Below, piece by piece: positions 16,110-23,063 of a DNA stretch of 48,536 bases (position 1 is its first letter; every line of letters starts with the position of its first letter). The notes under the pieces were generated by a model. The model was not told the origin of the DNA, did no database searches, and saw only the letters and a list, made by a program, of their open reading frames with translations. A program made the position numbers and the translations under genes. The DNA is taken from IMG/VR virus record IMGVR_UViG_3300009285_000015, positions 1 to 48,536 of that record; one strand, written 5' to 3'. The DNA is from a virus.

Positions 16110-17163
16110 AGTACCGCCAGCGGTTGCTACTTTCCTTAACCTGTGTGATGAAATAATAGACGCAAAATTGCCAATGGGGCGACTTGGTACTAGTTTAGTA
16201 AAGGGAAAGCTGACGTTATATTTAGGTGATAGTTATTTACAGTCTGATGAAGAACAAAAGATAGATGACTTAAAGCACGAAACTGGACATTTTGTGCTTC
16301 AGCATTTACCTAGGTGCGGCGAGAGAGATAAAATTCGGTTCAATTTAGTATGTGACGCATCATTAGCATATCAAGGAATAAACATAACTTTACCAACTGA
16401 TGTAACGTTTGATAAGCTGCCGTGTAAACACGGCGGAACTGTTCCACCTTCTGCACCTGAAGTAGCGTATGATCTACTAGCTGAGAATCCCAGTGGAGAG
16501 AGTTGTGGCTCTTTAATCATTTCCTTTTGTGATGACACACCAGAGAGTAAAGCTAAGTTAGCAATAATTGGAGCAATCATTAAAGCAAAGCATCCTGATT
16601 TTCTACAGTTTAATGGTGCTGGAAATGAAGCTGGAACTGGTAGAAGCATTCCTGAAATTCCGCCCCAACCTCCTTGGATACGTAGTGTACTTGATTATTT
16701 ATTGAAGACTACTCGTTCTTTAGACAGGCGCCGTTCTTGGAGAAGAGAACACCGAGCACTTCCCGATTTACTTCCGGGGCGTTCTAGAAGCTATGATATT
16801 GCTTGTAGGATACTGTACGATGCTTCAGGATCAATTAGTCAAGAGTTATCTGCACAATTCCTTGGAGCTATAGCAAATACACCTGAATTAGCGGGCTCTG
16901 ATGTGGTAGTGTTTGATACAAAGATTAGTAAACCTATACCCGTAAATAACATAAAGGCTATATGTGACAAAGTAGAAGAAATGGGGGGTGGTACTGCTAT
17001 CAAGAAAGCAGGTATGAAGGGGCGGCTACTTACTGTCCCAATTGTGTGGCTAACTGATTGCGAGAGTGGAGACGGATTTCCTCCACCACACGATACTGTA
17101 GAAATATGGTGCGTAAGTGGCTCAGCTAATCACCCTCATGGAATAAGGGTGCAAGTTGATTAA
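16087..17163 (+). CDS. vWA-domain protein with N-terminal HExxH metallopeptidase-like region (DUF2201-like)
   Basis: HETGHFVLQH is the HExxH motif, and the MIDAS-like DASGSIS is followed by VVVFD. I chose the GTG start at 16087 because AGGAGGG sits 6 nt upstream; the ORF-track start 16039 is also possible. Confidence 0.65.
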   Translation: MTNRLPSEVPPAVATFLNLCDEIIDAKLPMGRLGTSLVKGKLTLYLGDSYLQSDEEQKIDDLKHETGHFVLQHLPRCGERDKIRFNLVCDASLAYQGINITLPTDVTFDKLPCKHGGTVPPSAPEVAYDLLAENPSGESCGSLIISFCDDTPESKAKLAIIGAIIKAKHPDFLQFNGAGNEAGTGRSIPEIPPQPPWIRSVLDYLLKTTRSLDRRRSWRREHRALPDLLPGRSRSYDIACRILYDASGSISQELSAQFLGAIANTPELAGSDVVVFDTKISKPIPVNNIKAICDKVEEMGGGTAIKKAGMKGRLLTVPIVWLTDCESGDGFPPPHDTVEIWCVSGSANHPHGIRVQVD

Positions 17164-17329
17164 GGTTATAGAGAAGAGCGACAGTAAAATTCCCTTTTTA
17201 TGCATTAGTGCAGACATTTTGACCGGCATGCATTTGCATTTAAGTCCTTGTGGACACATTTATGATAGAGGGGACGGTGGTATTCAGGCAAGGCATAACC
17301 TCTGTATAGAGTGTTATGAAAACAAATGA
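17156..17329 (+). CDS. CGH miniprotein family member (57 aa, TTG start inferred)
   Basis: ..KIPFLCISADILTGMHLHLSPCGHIYDRGDGGIQARHNLCIECYENK. The frame is open from 17147, and the TTG at 17156 overlaps the upstream stop region. Not in the ORF track. Confidence 0.55.
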   Translation: MIKVIEKSDSKIPFLCISADILTGMHLHLSPCGHIYDRGDGGIQARHNLCIECYENK

Positions 17330-17532
17330 TTGTAATAGAACAGCCTCCTTTTGATCCTTGGTTCTGTATACTTGTTCATAATCGGATTCATTTACATCTT
17401 TGTGCAATATGTGGATGCATTAACGATACTTTGGGGGAATTAGATCAATTTAATTGTGGAGAATGCATTGACAAAGGACGAATTAGTAGAAATAGTAATT
17501 CCACTACGCCAAGTTTACCTACCAAAACTTGA
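17326..17532 (+). CDS. Divergent CGH-family relative (CGC variant; 68 aa, 3' end uncertain)
   Basis: MIVIEQPPFDPWFCILVHNRIHLHLCAICGCIND...NCGEC. IHLHLCAICGC parallels MHLHLSPCGH of the preceding gene. The tail overlaps the sigma gene by 77 nt. Confidence 0.45.
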   Translation: MIVIEQPPFDPWFCILVHNRIHLHLCAICGCINDTLGELDQFNCGECIDKGRISRNSNSTTPSLPTKT

Positions 17533-17977
17533 AAGATTCTTTGGATATGAAGCTGAAGATATATTTGCCAATGCTGTTGCATCAACACTTGCAAGGGCAA
17601 GTATATTCCAATCTAGTCCACATGTTCAAATATTCTTTGCTAAAAATATCAGCGGAAGAATAAAGAGTGAGTTTAGACGGAATACACGAAAGGGAAAATT
17701 AACAGATGCTTTATCTTCAGATGCTTTATCTTCAGAGCGGCTCCTTGTTACTGACATTAGTGGGCGTTATGATCTTAGGCAAGCCTTAAATCTTGCATTG
17801 GACGCACTTACTCCACCCATGAAGATGGCAGTTTGGCGTGTTCATGCATTAGGTGAAACACAAAGAATAGTTGCTAAGAGCTTGAAGCTAACCAGGGATA
17901 AGTTAAGAGTAAGATTAAAGGTTGCATTGCTTACATTAAGGGAGCACCCAGCATTAAGCCCGTGGAAACGTAGGTGA
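17456..17977 (+). CDS. Sigma-70-family (ECF-like) sigma factor (173 aa, GTG start)
   Basis: Region-2-like FFGYEAEDIFANAV and a region-4 helix-turn-helix (MKMAVWRVHALGETQRIVAKSLKLTRDKLRVRLKVALLTLRE). Confidence 0.6.
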   Translation: MENALTKDELVEIVIPLRQVYLPKLERFFGYEAEDIFANAVASTLARASIFQSSPHVQIFFAKNISGRIKSEFRRNTRKGKLTDALSSDALSSERLLVTDISGRYDLRQALNLALDALTPPMKMAVWRVHALGETQRIVAKSLKLTRDKLRVRLKVALLTLREHPALSPWKRR

Positions 17978-18135
17978 TGCTGCTACCAGCCCTTGCTTGC
18001 GGGACTAGGAGCCCCAGGACGGGCTTGCTAAGGGGTATGCCCTCTCTATCCCTGCCCCCTCCCCAAGAATCGGCTTGTAAGGGGCTCTAGGGAGGTTTTG
18101 AGTGTGCCCAAGGGAGTTGAGAGGGGAGGCCGGGG

Positions 18136-18170
18136 CAAGGAGTGTCAAGGAGGCACACAAGGAGTGTCAA
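18136..18170. promoter_or_regulatory. 13-bp direct repeat CAAGGAGTGTCAA x2 with 22-bp period
   Basis: Identical 13-mers at 18136-18148 and 18158-18170, followed by atactatat, which also occurs at 11916-11924. Confidence 0.5.
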
Positions 18171-18226
18171 CGCGCATACTATATGTAGTTTGGTTGTTTC
18201 ACGCGAGGGGCAAATATTGAAGAATC

Positions 18227-18332
18227 AATGGAAACACCCTAAATTTCAAGTACTTGCCGGGCAAATTCAAGTGATTTCAGCAATTCTTGCTTCGAGATTG
18301 CTCAATATTTCTAGTACGTTATGGGTGTTTCC
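18227..18332. promoter_or_regulatory. GGAAACAC...GTGTTTCC element, copy 2
   Basis: aatggaaacac at 18227-18237 and atttcaagta at 18243-18252. The 10-bp inverted arms are ggaaacaccc (18230-18239) and gggtgtttcc (18323-18332), separated by 83 nt. An internal palindrome ttgcc-g-ggcaa lies at 18254-18264. Confidence 0.5.
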
Positions 18333-18380
18333 AATTTTCCTCTCCCTTATAGTATATAGTAAACTGGAAACAGACTTGGA

Positions 18381-18548
18381 ATGAGGCATAACTTTCTCGT
18401 AACAACAGGAAAGGGAGAAACCGCAGGAAGTGCTGTATTTTGGGAGACTGCCCATGTAGCTATCTGGCAATGTGGGCACCTTTGGTTGCATGATTTTACA
18501 ACTGCCCATAATGCGTGTAAGGGATGTCAAGAATGTTTCTTAGTGTAA
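18381..18548 (+). CDS. CGH miniprotein family member (55 aa)
   Basis: MRHNFLVTTGKGETAGSAVFWETAHVAIWQCGHLWLHDFTTAHNACKGCQECFLV. It converges on and overlaps the helicase 3' end by 9 nt. Not in the ORF track. Confidence 0.6.
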   Translation: MRHNFLVTTGKGETAGSAVFWETAHVAIWQCGHLWLHDFTTAHNACKGCQECFLV

Positions 18549-19424
18549 AGTATGCTTACAAGGATTAGAAGATAAAACTTGATAATACAGCTTTCTAGAA
18601 ATACCAAACTTATCCCTAGCAATAGGGGCAATTTGATTATGGCTCAATTCAGGAAACTCTTTACAGAGAGAAAGAATATTAGCTTTAATGTTTTTCAATT
18701 CTGCAAGTTTGGGGAAAGACCAAAAACCAGATTCTTCTCTAACTGCTTCAATCGTAGTATCTTCATCAAACCTTGGAACAATGCGGAGCTTGTTTTTATA
18801 AAGAAACCAGACAGCATCCGCTTTTCCTACCATGTAACTACTCCCTCTCCCATACGTCATGGGATCGGGGTTAGGTACATCAGGAGGGATTTTGCGAGAA
18901 TGGTGAATCACCAAAAGAGAGCATTTAGGGAATGTTGATAACAAACCATCTCCAACTAGCTTCATGGTTGTGCTATCATTCTCGTCAACAGCATGCACTT
19001 CTCTCAGTACATCAAGGATTATTAATTCTGCTTGGGATTGTTCTACATAACTTCTTAAAATGTTACGGTCACTCTCTAAGAGAATATTATATCTTCCCCA
19101 GTTATCAGGATGTACAAAGAATACAGGGCCACTTAAATCTTCCCCACATTCCTTCAACGAGCGAGTTACAATGCGCCAGACTCTAGGTCGAGCATCTAAT
19201 TGTAAATATAAAGAAACAATTGGTTTATCTATCTCATGGCCAAGGATAGGCTTTGCTTGTGCCGCATCCCTGGCCAATTGGAGAGCCAAAAATGATTTCC
19301 CTTCCTTTGGTGGTCCTATTAACAGGATTAATCCTTCTCGTGGTATTAGGTTTGGTATAAGCCAATCGGGTTCTTTGACTGGCAATTCTGAGTATTCATT
19401 GAGGGTTACTAGTTGACTCACCAT
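18540..19424 (-). CDS. RecA-fold replicative helicase-like ATPase (RepA/DnaB C-terminal/AAA_25-like), 294 aa
   Basis: Walker A is GPPKEGKS, Walker B is LIILDVLREVH, and LLVIHHSRK is also present. A strong AAGGAG lies 4 nt upstream of the ATG. It is the only minus-strand gene inside the rightward arm. Confidence 0.7.
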   Translation of the reverse strand: MVSQLVTLNEYSELPVKEPDWLIPNLIPREGLILLIGPPKEGKSFLALQLARDAAQAKPILGHEIDKPIVSLYLQLDARPRVWRIVTRSLKECGEDLSGPVFFVHPDNWGRYNILLESDRNILRSYVEQSQAELIILDVLREVHAVDENDSTTMKLVGDGLLSTFPKCSLLVIHHSRKIPPDVPNPDPMTYGRGSSYMVGKADAVWFLYKNKLRIVPRFDEDTTIEAVREESGFWSFPKLAELKNIKANILSLCKEFPELSHNQIAPIARDKFGISRKLYYQVLSSNPCKHTLH

Positions 19425-19592
19425 ATCTCCTTAACCGAAATACAAAAAGGCTGCCTTGTTATCAAAGCAGATGCAATTCCACCTTCTGGGCCTAACGCCT
19501 GTGGTCATTTTTGTGCTCAAATTCATGTTGCTGGATGCTGCGAATGTGGAGATACAATTCACCCCTGTTTTATTTGTCAAATTGGCAAGTAA
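19413..19592 (+). CDS. CGH miniprotein family member, long form (59 aa if the TTG start is used; possibly decaying)
   Basis: ..KGCLVIKADAIPPSGPNACGHFCAQIHVAGCCECGDTIHPCFICQIGK. There is no in-frame ATG, and the only start candidate (TTG at 19413) overlaps the divergent helicase start by 12 nt. Confidence 0.4.
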   Translation: MTHHISLTEIQKGCLVIKADAIPPSGPNACGHFCAQIHVAGCCECGDTIHPCFICQIGK

Positions 19593-19632
19593 CAAGTGTC
19601 ACTACTTAATAACCGAACAGACCAACTTTTGC

Positions 19633-19655
19633 CCGCCCTTTTTGGGCTTGGGCGG
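19633..19655 (+). terminator. Weak hairpin followed by U-rich tract and a TATAAT box
   Basis: ccgccc-(11 nt)-gggcgg is followed by ttattatataatg. The next ORF's ATG is at 19666. Confidence 0.3.
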
Positions 19656-19665
19656 TTATTATATA

Positions 19666-19932
19666 ATGAGAAGTGGAATGAAGTGTCATTCTGTCAATGA
19701 GAGGCATGTTACCTGCTTTGATTTTGGGGATTTCAACCTCAGTCTCTGTGCTTGTGGGCACTTTTGTTTTTTCATGTCCAGTACTTGCTGTGAATGCAAT
19801 CCTTCAACTACACAACAGGATTTACGTCATTGTCTAATACACAAGTCTTTAGCCCCTCTCAAACAGCAGGCTATCTCTTCTGTCCAATGTATCGTTGGCT
19901 CAGACAAGAAGGTTGGAGAGAGAGAAAAGTAA
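19666..19932 (+). CDS. CGH miniprotein family member with extended tail (88 aa)
   Basis: MRSGMKCHSVNERHVTCFDFGDFNLSLCACGHFCFFMSSTCCEC... The frame stays open to 19932, overlapping the nuclease gene by 139 nt. Confidence 0.45.
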   Translation: MRSGMKCHSVNERHVTCFDFGDFNLSLCACGHFCFFMSSTCCECNPSTTQQDLRHCLIHKSLAPLKQQAISSVQCIVGSDKKVGEREK

Positions 19933-20693
19933 ATGCACGAGACATTGGGGCCGCACTTGGGAGAAGTTTCGCAGCAGGTATTGCTAATTATAATGTTGCG
20001 TGCAGGGATCATGCATCAACCGGAAGTGGAACAAAGGTTGCTGAAGCTGTGTCCGCAGGGCTTTCTGAATTGGACACCACAATTAAGGAAATGGTTAGCA
20101 CTAGAAATGCTGGAGATCAAGAAGCAATATATGCTGCACTCCCTGGGCGGCTTGAACGTGCACTTTCCAAAAGCATAGAATATGACCCAATTCCTCCCAC
20201 ATGGGAAAAAAGGGACGTGGAATTTGTCCTGCCCGACTCAGGGAATAGCCGTATTGACTTGGGGTGCTGGGATGGGCAAAGTCCGGTCGTGGTGGATTAT
20301 AAACTCAAACTCAGACTGGATTCACGATATAGGATGGCTGAAGTTAAAAGGCTCCAAAGAAATTGGCAAATGTTGCATTATACCTTTTTCTACGGACAGT
20401 ATTTAAAGAAACCAGTGAATCGATATATAGTTCTATTAACTGTGTTAGAGCCAAAATTTGAAATCCTCCCAATTGACTTAACTACTAGGTGGGTTACTGA
20501 AGAAGAGTTAGCCCAGTGGCATGCATTTGCTAAACAGGTTTGGGCAGATATGGCTGCTGAAGATAGCGGAGAGAGATTAACTAGAGGTAAGACTGAGTGC
20601 GAAAATAGGTTTGGACCTTGTGAAATGGTAAGGATGTGCTGGGATTACCATTATGATAATAGCCTTGCCCCGCATGATTATATTAAAATATGA
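19794..20693 (+). CDS. PD-(D/E)xK exonuclease with Cas4-like Cys cluster (299 aa)
   Basis: An N-terminal Cys (YLFCPMYRW), a D...DYK core (IDLGCWDG...VVVDYKLK) and three C-terminal Cys (CENRFGPCEMVRMC) fit a Cas4/RecB-family 4Fe-4S nuclease. Confidence 0.6.
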   Translation: MQSFNYTTGFTSLSNTQVFSPSQTAGYLFCPMYRWLRQEGWRERKVNARDIGAALGRSFAAGIANYNVACRDHASTGSGTKVAEAVSAGLSELDTTIKEMVSTRNAGDQEAIYAALPGRLERALSKSIEYDPIPPTWEKRDVEFVLPDSGNSRIDLGCWDGQSPVVVDYKLKLRLDSRYRMAEVKRLQRNWQMLHYTFFYGQYLKKPVNRYIVLLTVLEPKFEILPIDLTTRWVTEEELAQWHAFAKQVWADMAAEDSGERLTRGKTECENRFGPCEMVRMCWDYHYDNSLAPHDYIKI

Positions 20694-20827
20694 TTGAGCC
20701 AAAAACGCTAGGCTGGCTAGCAGGAATTATTGAGGGAGAAGGCTCTATTCACGTACTCGATAGATTAGGTAAATCGTTAGGGGTTTCAGTTGGGATGAAT
20801 AGTAAGTATGTGAAATATGTTAATTGA
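20690..20827 (+). pseudogene. Truncated LAGLIDADG homing-endonuclease remnant (45 codons)
   Basis: MIEPKTLGWLAGIIEGEGSIHVLDRLGKSLGVSVGMNSKYVKYVN* carries a clear LAGLIDADG-type motif (LAGIIEGEGS). It stops after 45 aa, whereas intact enzymes are roughly 150-250 aa. Confidence 0.6.
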
Positions 20828-20990
20828 GGATTTAGTAACGGGCACATTTTGGGTAACTACAACTAGTTCAGGGGTGTATGTAGCTAAAAGCAGAAAATCT
20901 CCTCCACCTTTAATGCTTTATAAAAAGTGTGGCCATATCAGTACAAAGAAGACTTTAGTTTTACCTTGTGAGTGTAAAGAAGAAAAATGA
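20817..20990 (+). CDS. CGH miniprotein family member (57 aa)
   Basis: MLIEDLVTGTFWVTTTSSGVYVAKSRKSPPPLMLYKKCGHISTKKTLVLPCECKEEK. The stop overlaps the next ATG (ATGA). Not in the ORF track. Confidence 0.6.
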   Translation: MLIEDLVTGTFWVTTTSSGVYVAKSRKSPPPLMLYKKCGHISTKKTLVLPCECKEEK

Positions 20991-21169
20991 TTTATGTATT
21001 GGGTGGCAATGAGTGGGGAGCGTATTTCAGTTCTGGTGCAATAAATGAGGCAGACCCCAACTGTAAAGGCATGATTGTAGTTTTACATTGTGGGCATATA
21101 ATTGATAGGCAGGCTGAGTTTCCTGAACACTGTAAGGAGTGCCCTAAACATTATAATGAGAGTCCATAA
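20987..21169 (+). CDS. CGH miniprotein family member (60 aa)
   Basis: ...NCKGMIVVLHCGHIIDRQAEFPEHCKECPKHYNESP. It is coupled to both neighbours. Confidence 0.65.
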   Translation: MIYVLGGNEWGAYFSSGAINEADPNCKGMIVVLHCGHIIDRQAEFPEHCKECPKHYNESP

Positions 21170-21333
21170 TGATCAATCTTGAAGCTGGAACATGGGGAGA
21201 TACTCATGTATGCATTGTTATTTACGATAACATATATCACATTTTGACCCACATTGAACTTTACCCGTGTGGACATTTGATTCAAGGAGACGGCTCTAAG
21301 GGATTTTGTAATTGTAAGAATGGGGCAAAATGA
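21169..21333 (+). CDS. CGH miniprotein family member (54 aa)
   Basis: MINLEAGTWGDTHVCIVIYDNIYHILTHIELYPCGHLIQGDGSKGFCNCKNGAK. It has TAATG and ATGA junctions. Not in the ORF track. Confidence 0.65.
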   Translation: MINLEAGTWGDTHVCIVIYDNIYHILTHIELYPCGHLIQGDGSKGFCNCKNGAK

Positions 21334-22067
21334 GAAAAAAACTTGACCTTAATTTACGTTCAATGGACAAATTTACTATGCTAGTCCATGGAAGTTACTC
21401 AACTGGAAAAACCCACCTTATTGGTGACATGCTCCGTCATGAAAGTAAGGTGGGGCCAACCCTCTTTATTAACATAAAAGGGGAAGACGGTTCCCTTTCC
21501 ATTGCTGATATGGAGCTGGGGGAGACTGGTGAGACTGTAGAGAATCTTAAAGATTGGAAAGAGTTAATTACTGAATATAAAGGAAAGAACTTAAGGGGGC
21601 TTGGGCTTGATTCCATGAAAGCCCTCTGTCGTATAGTCATGGAGGGAAAGATCAGTGTTGATAGACCACCTGAAAAGACTGAATATGGCTTGATTCATTG
21701 GTTCATGGAGTCTCTTACTAAAGAGCTAAGAACACTTGCGCCGGTTGTGCTCTGTGTCTGCCCATCAGACAAGAGCATAAATCAGATAGATGGGAGAACA
21801 TATATAACTCCCGATCTACCCGGAAGGGAGGCGGCGGGGAGTGCGGGTTGGTTTGATGCAGTGGGGTACTTACGGGCAGAAACTATTTCAGCGATCCGGG
21901 TGGATAGAACCATAACTTTTGCTCCTAATCCTGGGATAGTAACCCGAGTACGCTTACCAAGACCTATAACACAAGATATTCTTATTCCCAATGGAGGTGG
22001 GGGATGGCAGACAATAATGGATATCTTTCAGAAGAAGCTAAATGAGGCGAGTGAAGCTAAACACTAA
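21330..22067 (+). CDS. Sak4-like/AAA_24 RecA-fold ATPase (245 aa)
   Basis: Walker A is HGSYSTGKTH and the Walker-B-like segment is LRGLGLDSM. It sits in the recombination/replication module. Confidence 0.5.
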   Translation: MRKKLDLNLRSMDKFTMLVHGSYSTGKTHLIGDMLRHESKVGPTLFINIKGEDGSLSIADMELGETGETVENLKDWKELITEYKGKNLRGLGLDSMKALCRIVMEGKISVDRPPEKTEYGLIHWFMESLTKELRTLAPVVLCVCPSDKSINQIDGRTYITPDLPGREAAGSAGWFDAVGYLRAETISAIRVDRTITFAPNPGIVTRVRLPRPITQDILIPNGGGGWQTIMDIFQKKLNEASEAKH

Positions 22068-22084
22068 AGGATTGAAGGAAGGAG

Positions 22085-22324
22085 ATGGTTATTAACGAAA
22101 CTATTTATGAGTTGACAGAAACGAATGATTTACAAGTTAAACTAGAAAGGAAAAGAAAAGTGGCTAGCAAAAAGAACAACGATCCTTTCAGGATGTTTGA
22201 TAATCTCCTTGATGCTCTTCAACAGGAGTATGACTCCAAGCAGATTGGCCCCTCGTTTGAGGATGCTTTGAACAAGTTGGAGGATGCATTCTCAGTTGTA
22301 GTGGACTATGTAGCCAAAGATTAA
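22085..22324 (+). CDS. Hypothetical acidic protein (79 aa)
   Basis: Intact ORF with AAGGAAGGAG upstream of the ATG. Confidence 0.5.
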   Translation: MVINETIYELTETNDLQVKLERKRKVASKKNNDPFRMFDNLLDALQQEYDSKQIGPSFEDALNKLEDAFSVVVDYVAKD

Positions 22325-22511
22325 CCCAAGAATCACGAGGGCGGAGTACGCTTCCAGGTTCCATCCTGGCGGGGTGCCCCGTCAGTCAAGCCGGAGAGCC
22401 ATTGGGGTACATCAAAACCCGCGAATGGCCTTGCTGACGCTAAGCGTGGCATGAAAGTGCTCCGGCACCTTTACTCTATATCATAATGCAAGGATTTAAT
22501 TACCTAAAAAC
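22325..22511 (+). other. GC-rich structured non-coding spacer (candidate ncRNA/terminator cluster)
   Basis: About 190 nt without an ORF. It holds nested stems: ccagg-ttccat-cctgg; ggcgggg..ccccgtc; gtcag...ctgac enclosing gccatt...aatggc; and aaagtgc-tccg-gcac(c)ttt. Confidence 0.35.
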
Positions 22512-22529
22512 TTGGGAGGAAATGTCATC

Positions 22530-23063
22530 TTGAGAGAGTTAGAAATTTCTGAAATCATGAACGAAGTAGCAGAAAGTGGCCTCAAAGGTGAAGCCACTAT
22601 TGTTAGAACTGTGCCTACTGGTAAGTATGCTTTGCGTTCTCAGGGCGGAAAAGCCTACGTTGATGATACTGAAGTACCCTATCTTAACGTGAATGTGATC
22701 TTTGAGCAGGACGGAGCGAGGCGGGGGAGTGGCTTTCTTAAGGCTACTTGGAAGAAGGAGCGGACTACTACTGGTAAGTTGACTAGGAGGGCATCCCTTT
22801 ATGGTCAATTGCTGAAGGCATTAGATTTACCTGAAGATACACCTGTTCCTAAAGTGCTAGATGCTATTCAAGCTACTGTGTTAGGGGCGTATGTTACCGA
22901 AGGGCTGAAGAGTCCTGATGGTTTGTTTGTTGGCATTGGTGCTGAACATAGGGATAGAGAAGGTACTCCCCAACAAGTTACTAAGGAAGAGGCACAATCG
23001 TTAATCGCTGCTGGGTGGACTCCATTTAATAGCATTGTGAATGTGTTTAAGTTAAAGGGCTAG
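22530..23063 (+). CDS. Hypothetical protein (possible ssDNA-binding role by position only), about 177 aa
   Basis: Intact ORF. The start is uncertain: TTG at 22512 or 22530, or ATG at 22557, with GGGAGG at 22514-22519. No motif recognised. Confidence 0.45.
   Translation: MRELEISEIMNEVAESGLKGEATIVRTVPTGKYALRSQGGKAYVDDTEVPYLNVNVIFEQDGARRGSGFLKATWKKERTTTGKLTRRASLYGQLLKALDLPEDTPVPKVLDAIQATVLGAYVTEGLKSPDGLFVGIGAEHRDREGTPQQVTKEEAQSLIAAGWTPFNSIVNVFKLKG

Noticed and set aside
17977-18090. Possible 37-aa ORF (MLLPALACGTRSPRTG...) starting on the sigma-gene stop
   Set aside because: The repeated GGCTTGYTAAGGGG blocks within it fall in different reading frames. That points to DNA- or RNA-level rather than peptide-level conservation.
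18142-18384. 80-aa plus-strand ORF spanning the GGAAACAC...GTGTTTCC element, and the 87-aa minus-strand ORF 18267..18530
   Set aside because: The first uses a non-ATG start and runs through inverted repeats shared with a non-coding locus at 11402-11500. The second is antisense to a well-supported CGH family member.
22340-22400. tRNA-like T-arm (CCAGG-TTCCAT-CCTGG) in the GC-rich spacer
   Set aside because: The loop is 6 nt rather than the canonical 7-nt TTCRANY. No complementary acceptor stem (needed: CACCCCG) exists upstream, and there is no D or anticodon arm. I could not find a tRNA anywhere in the window.
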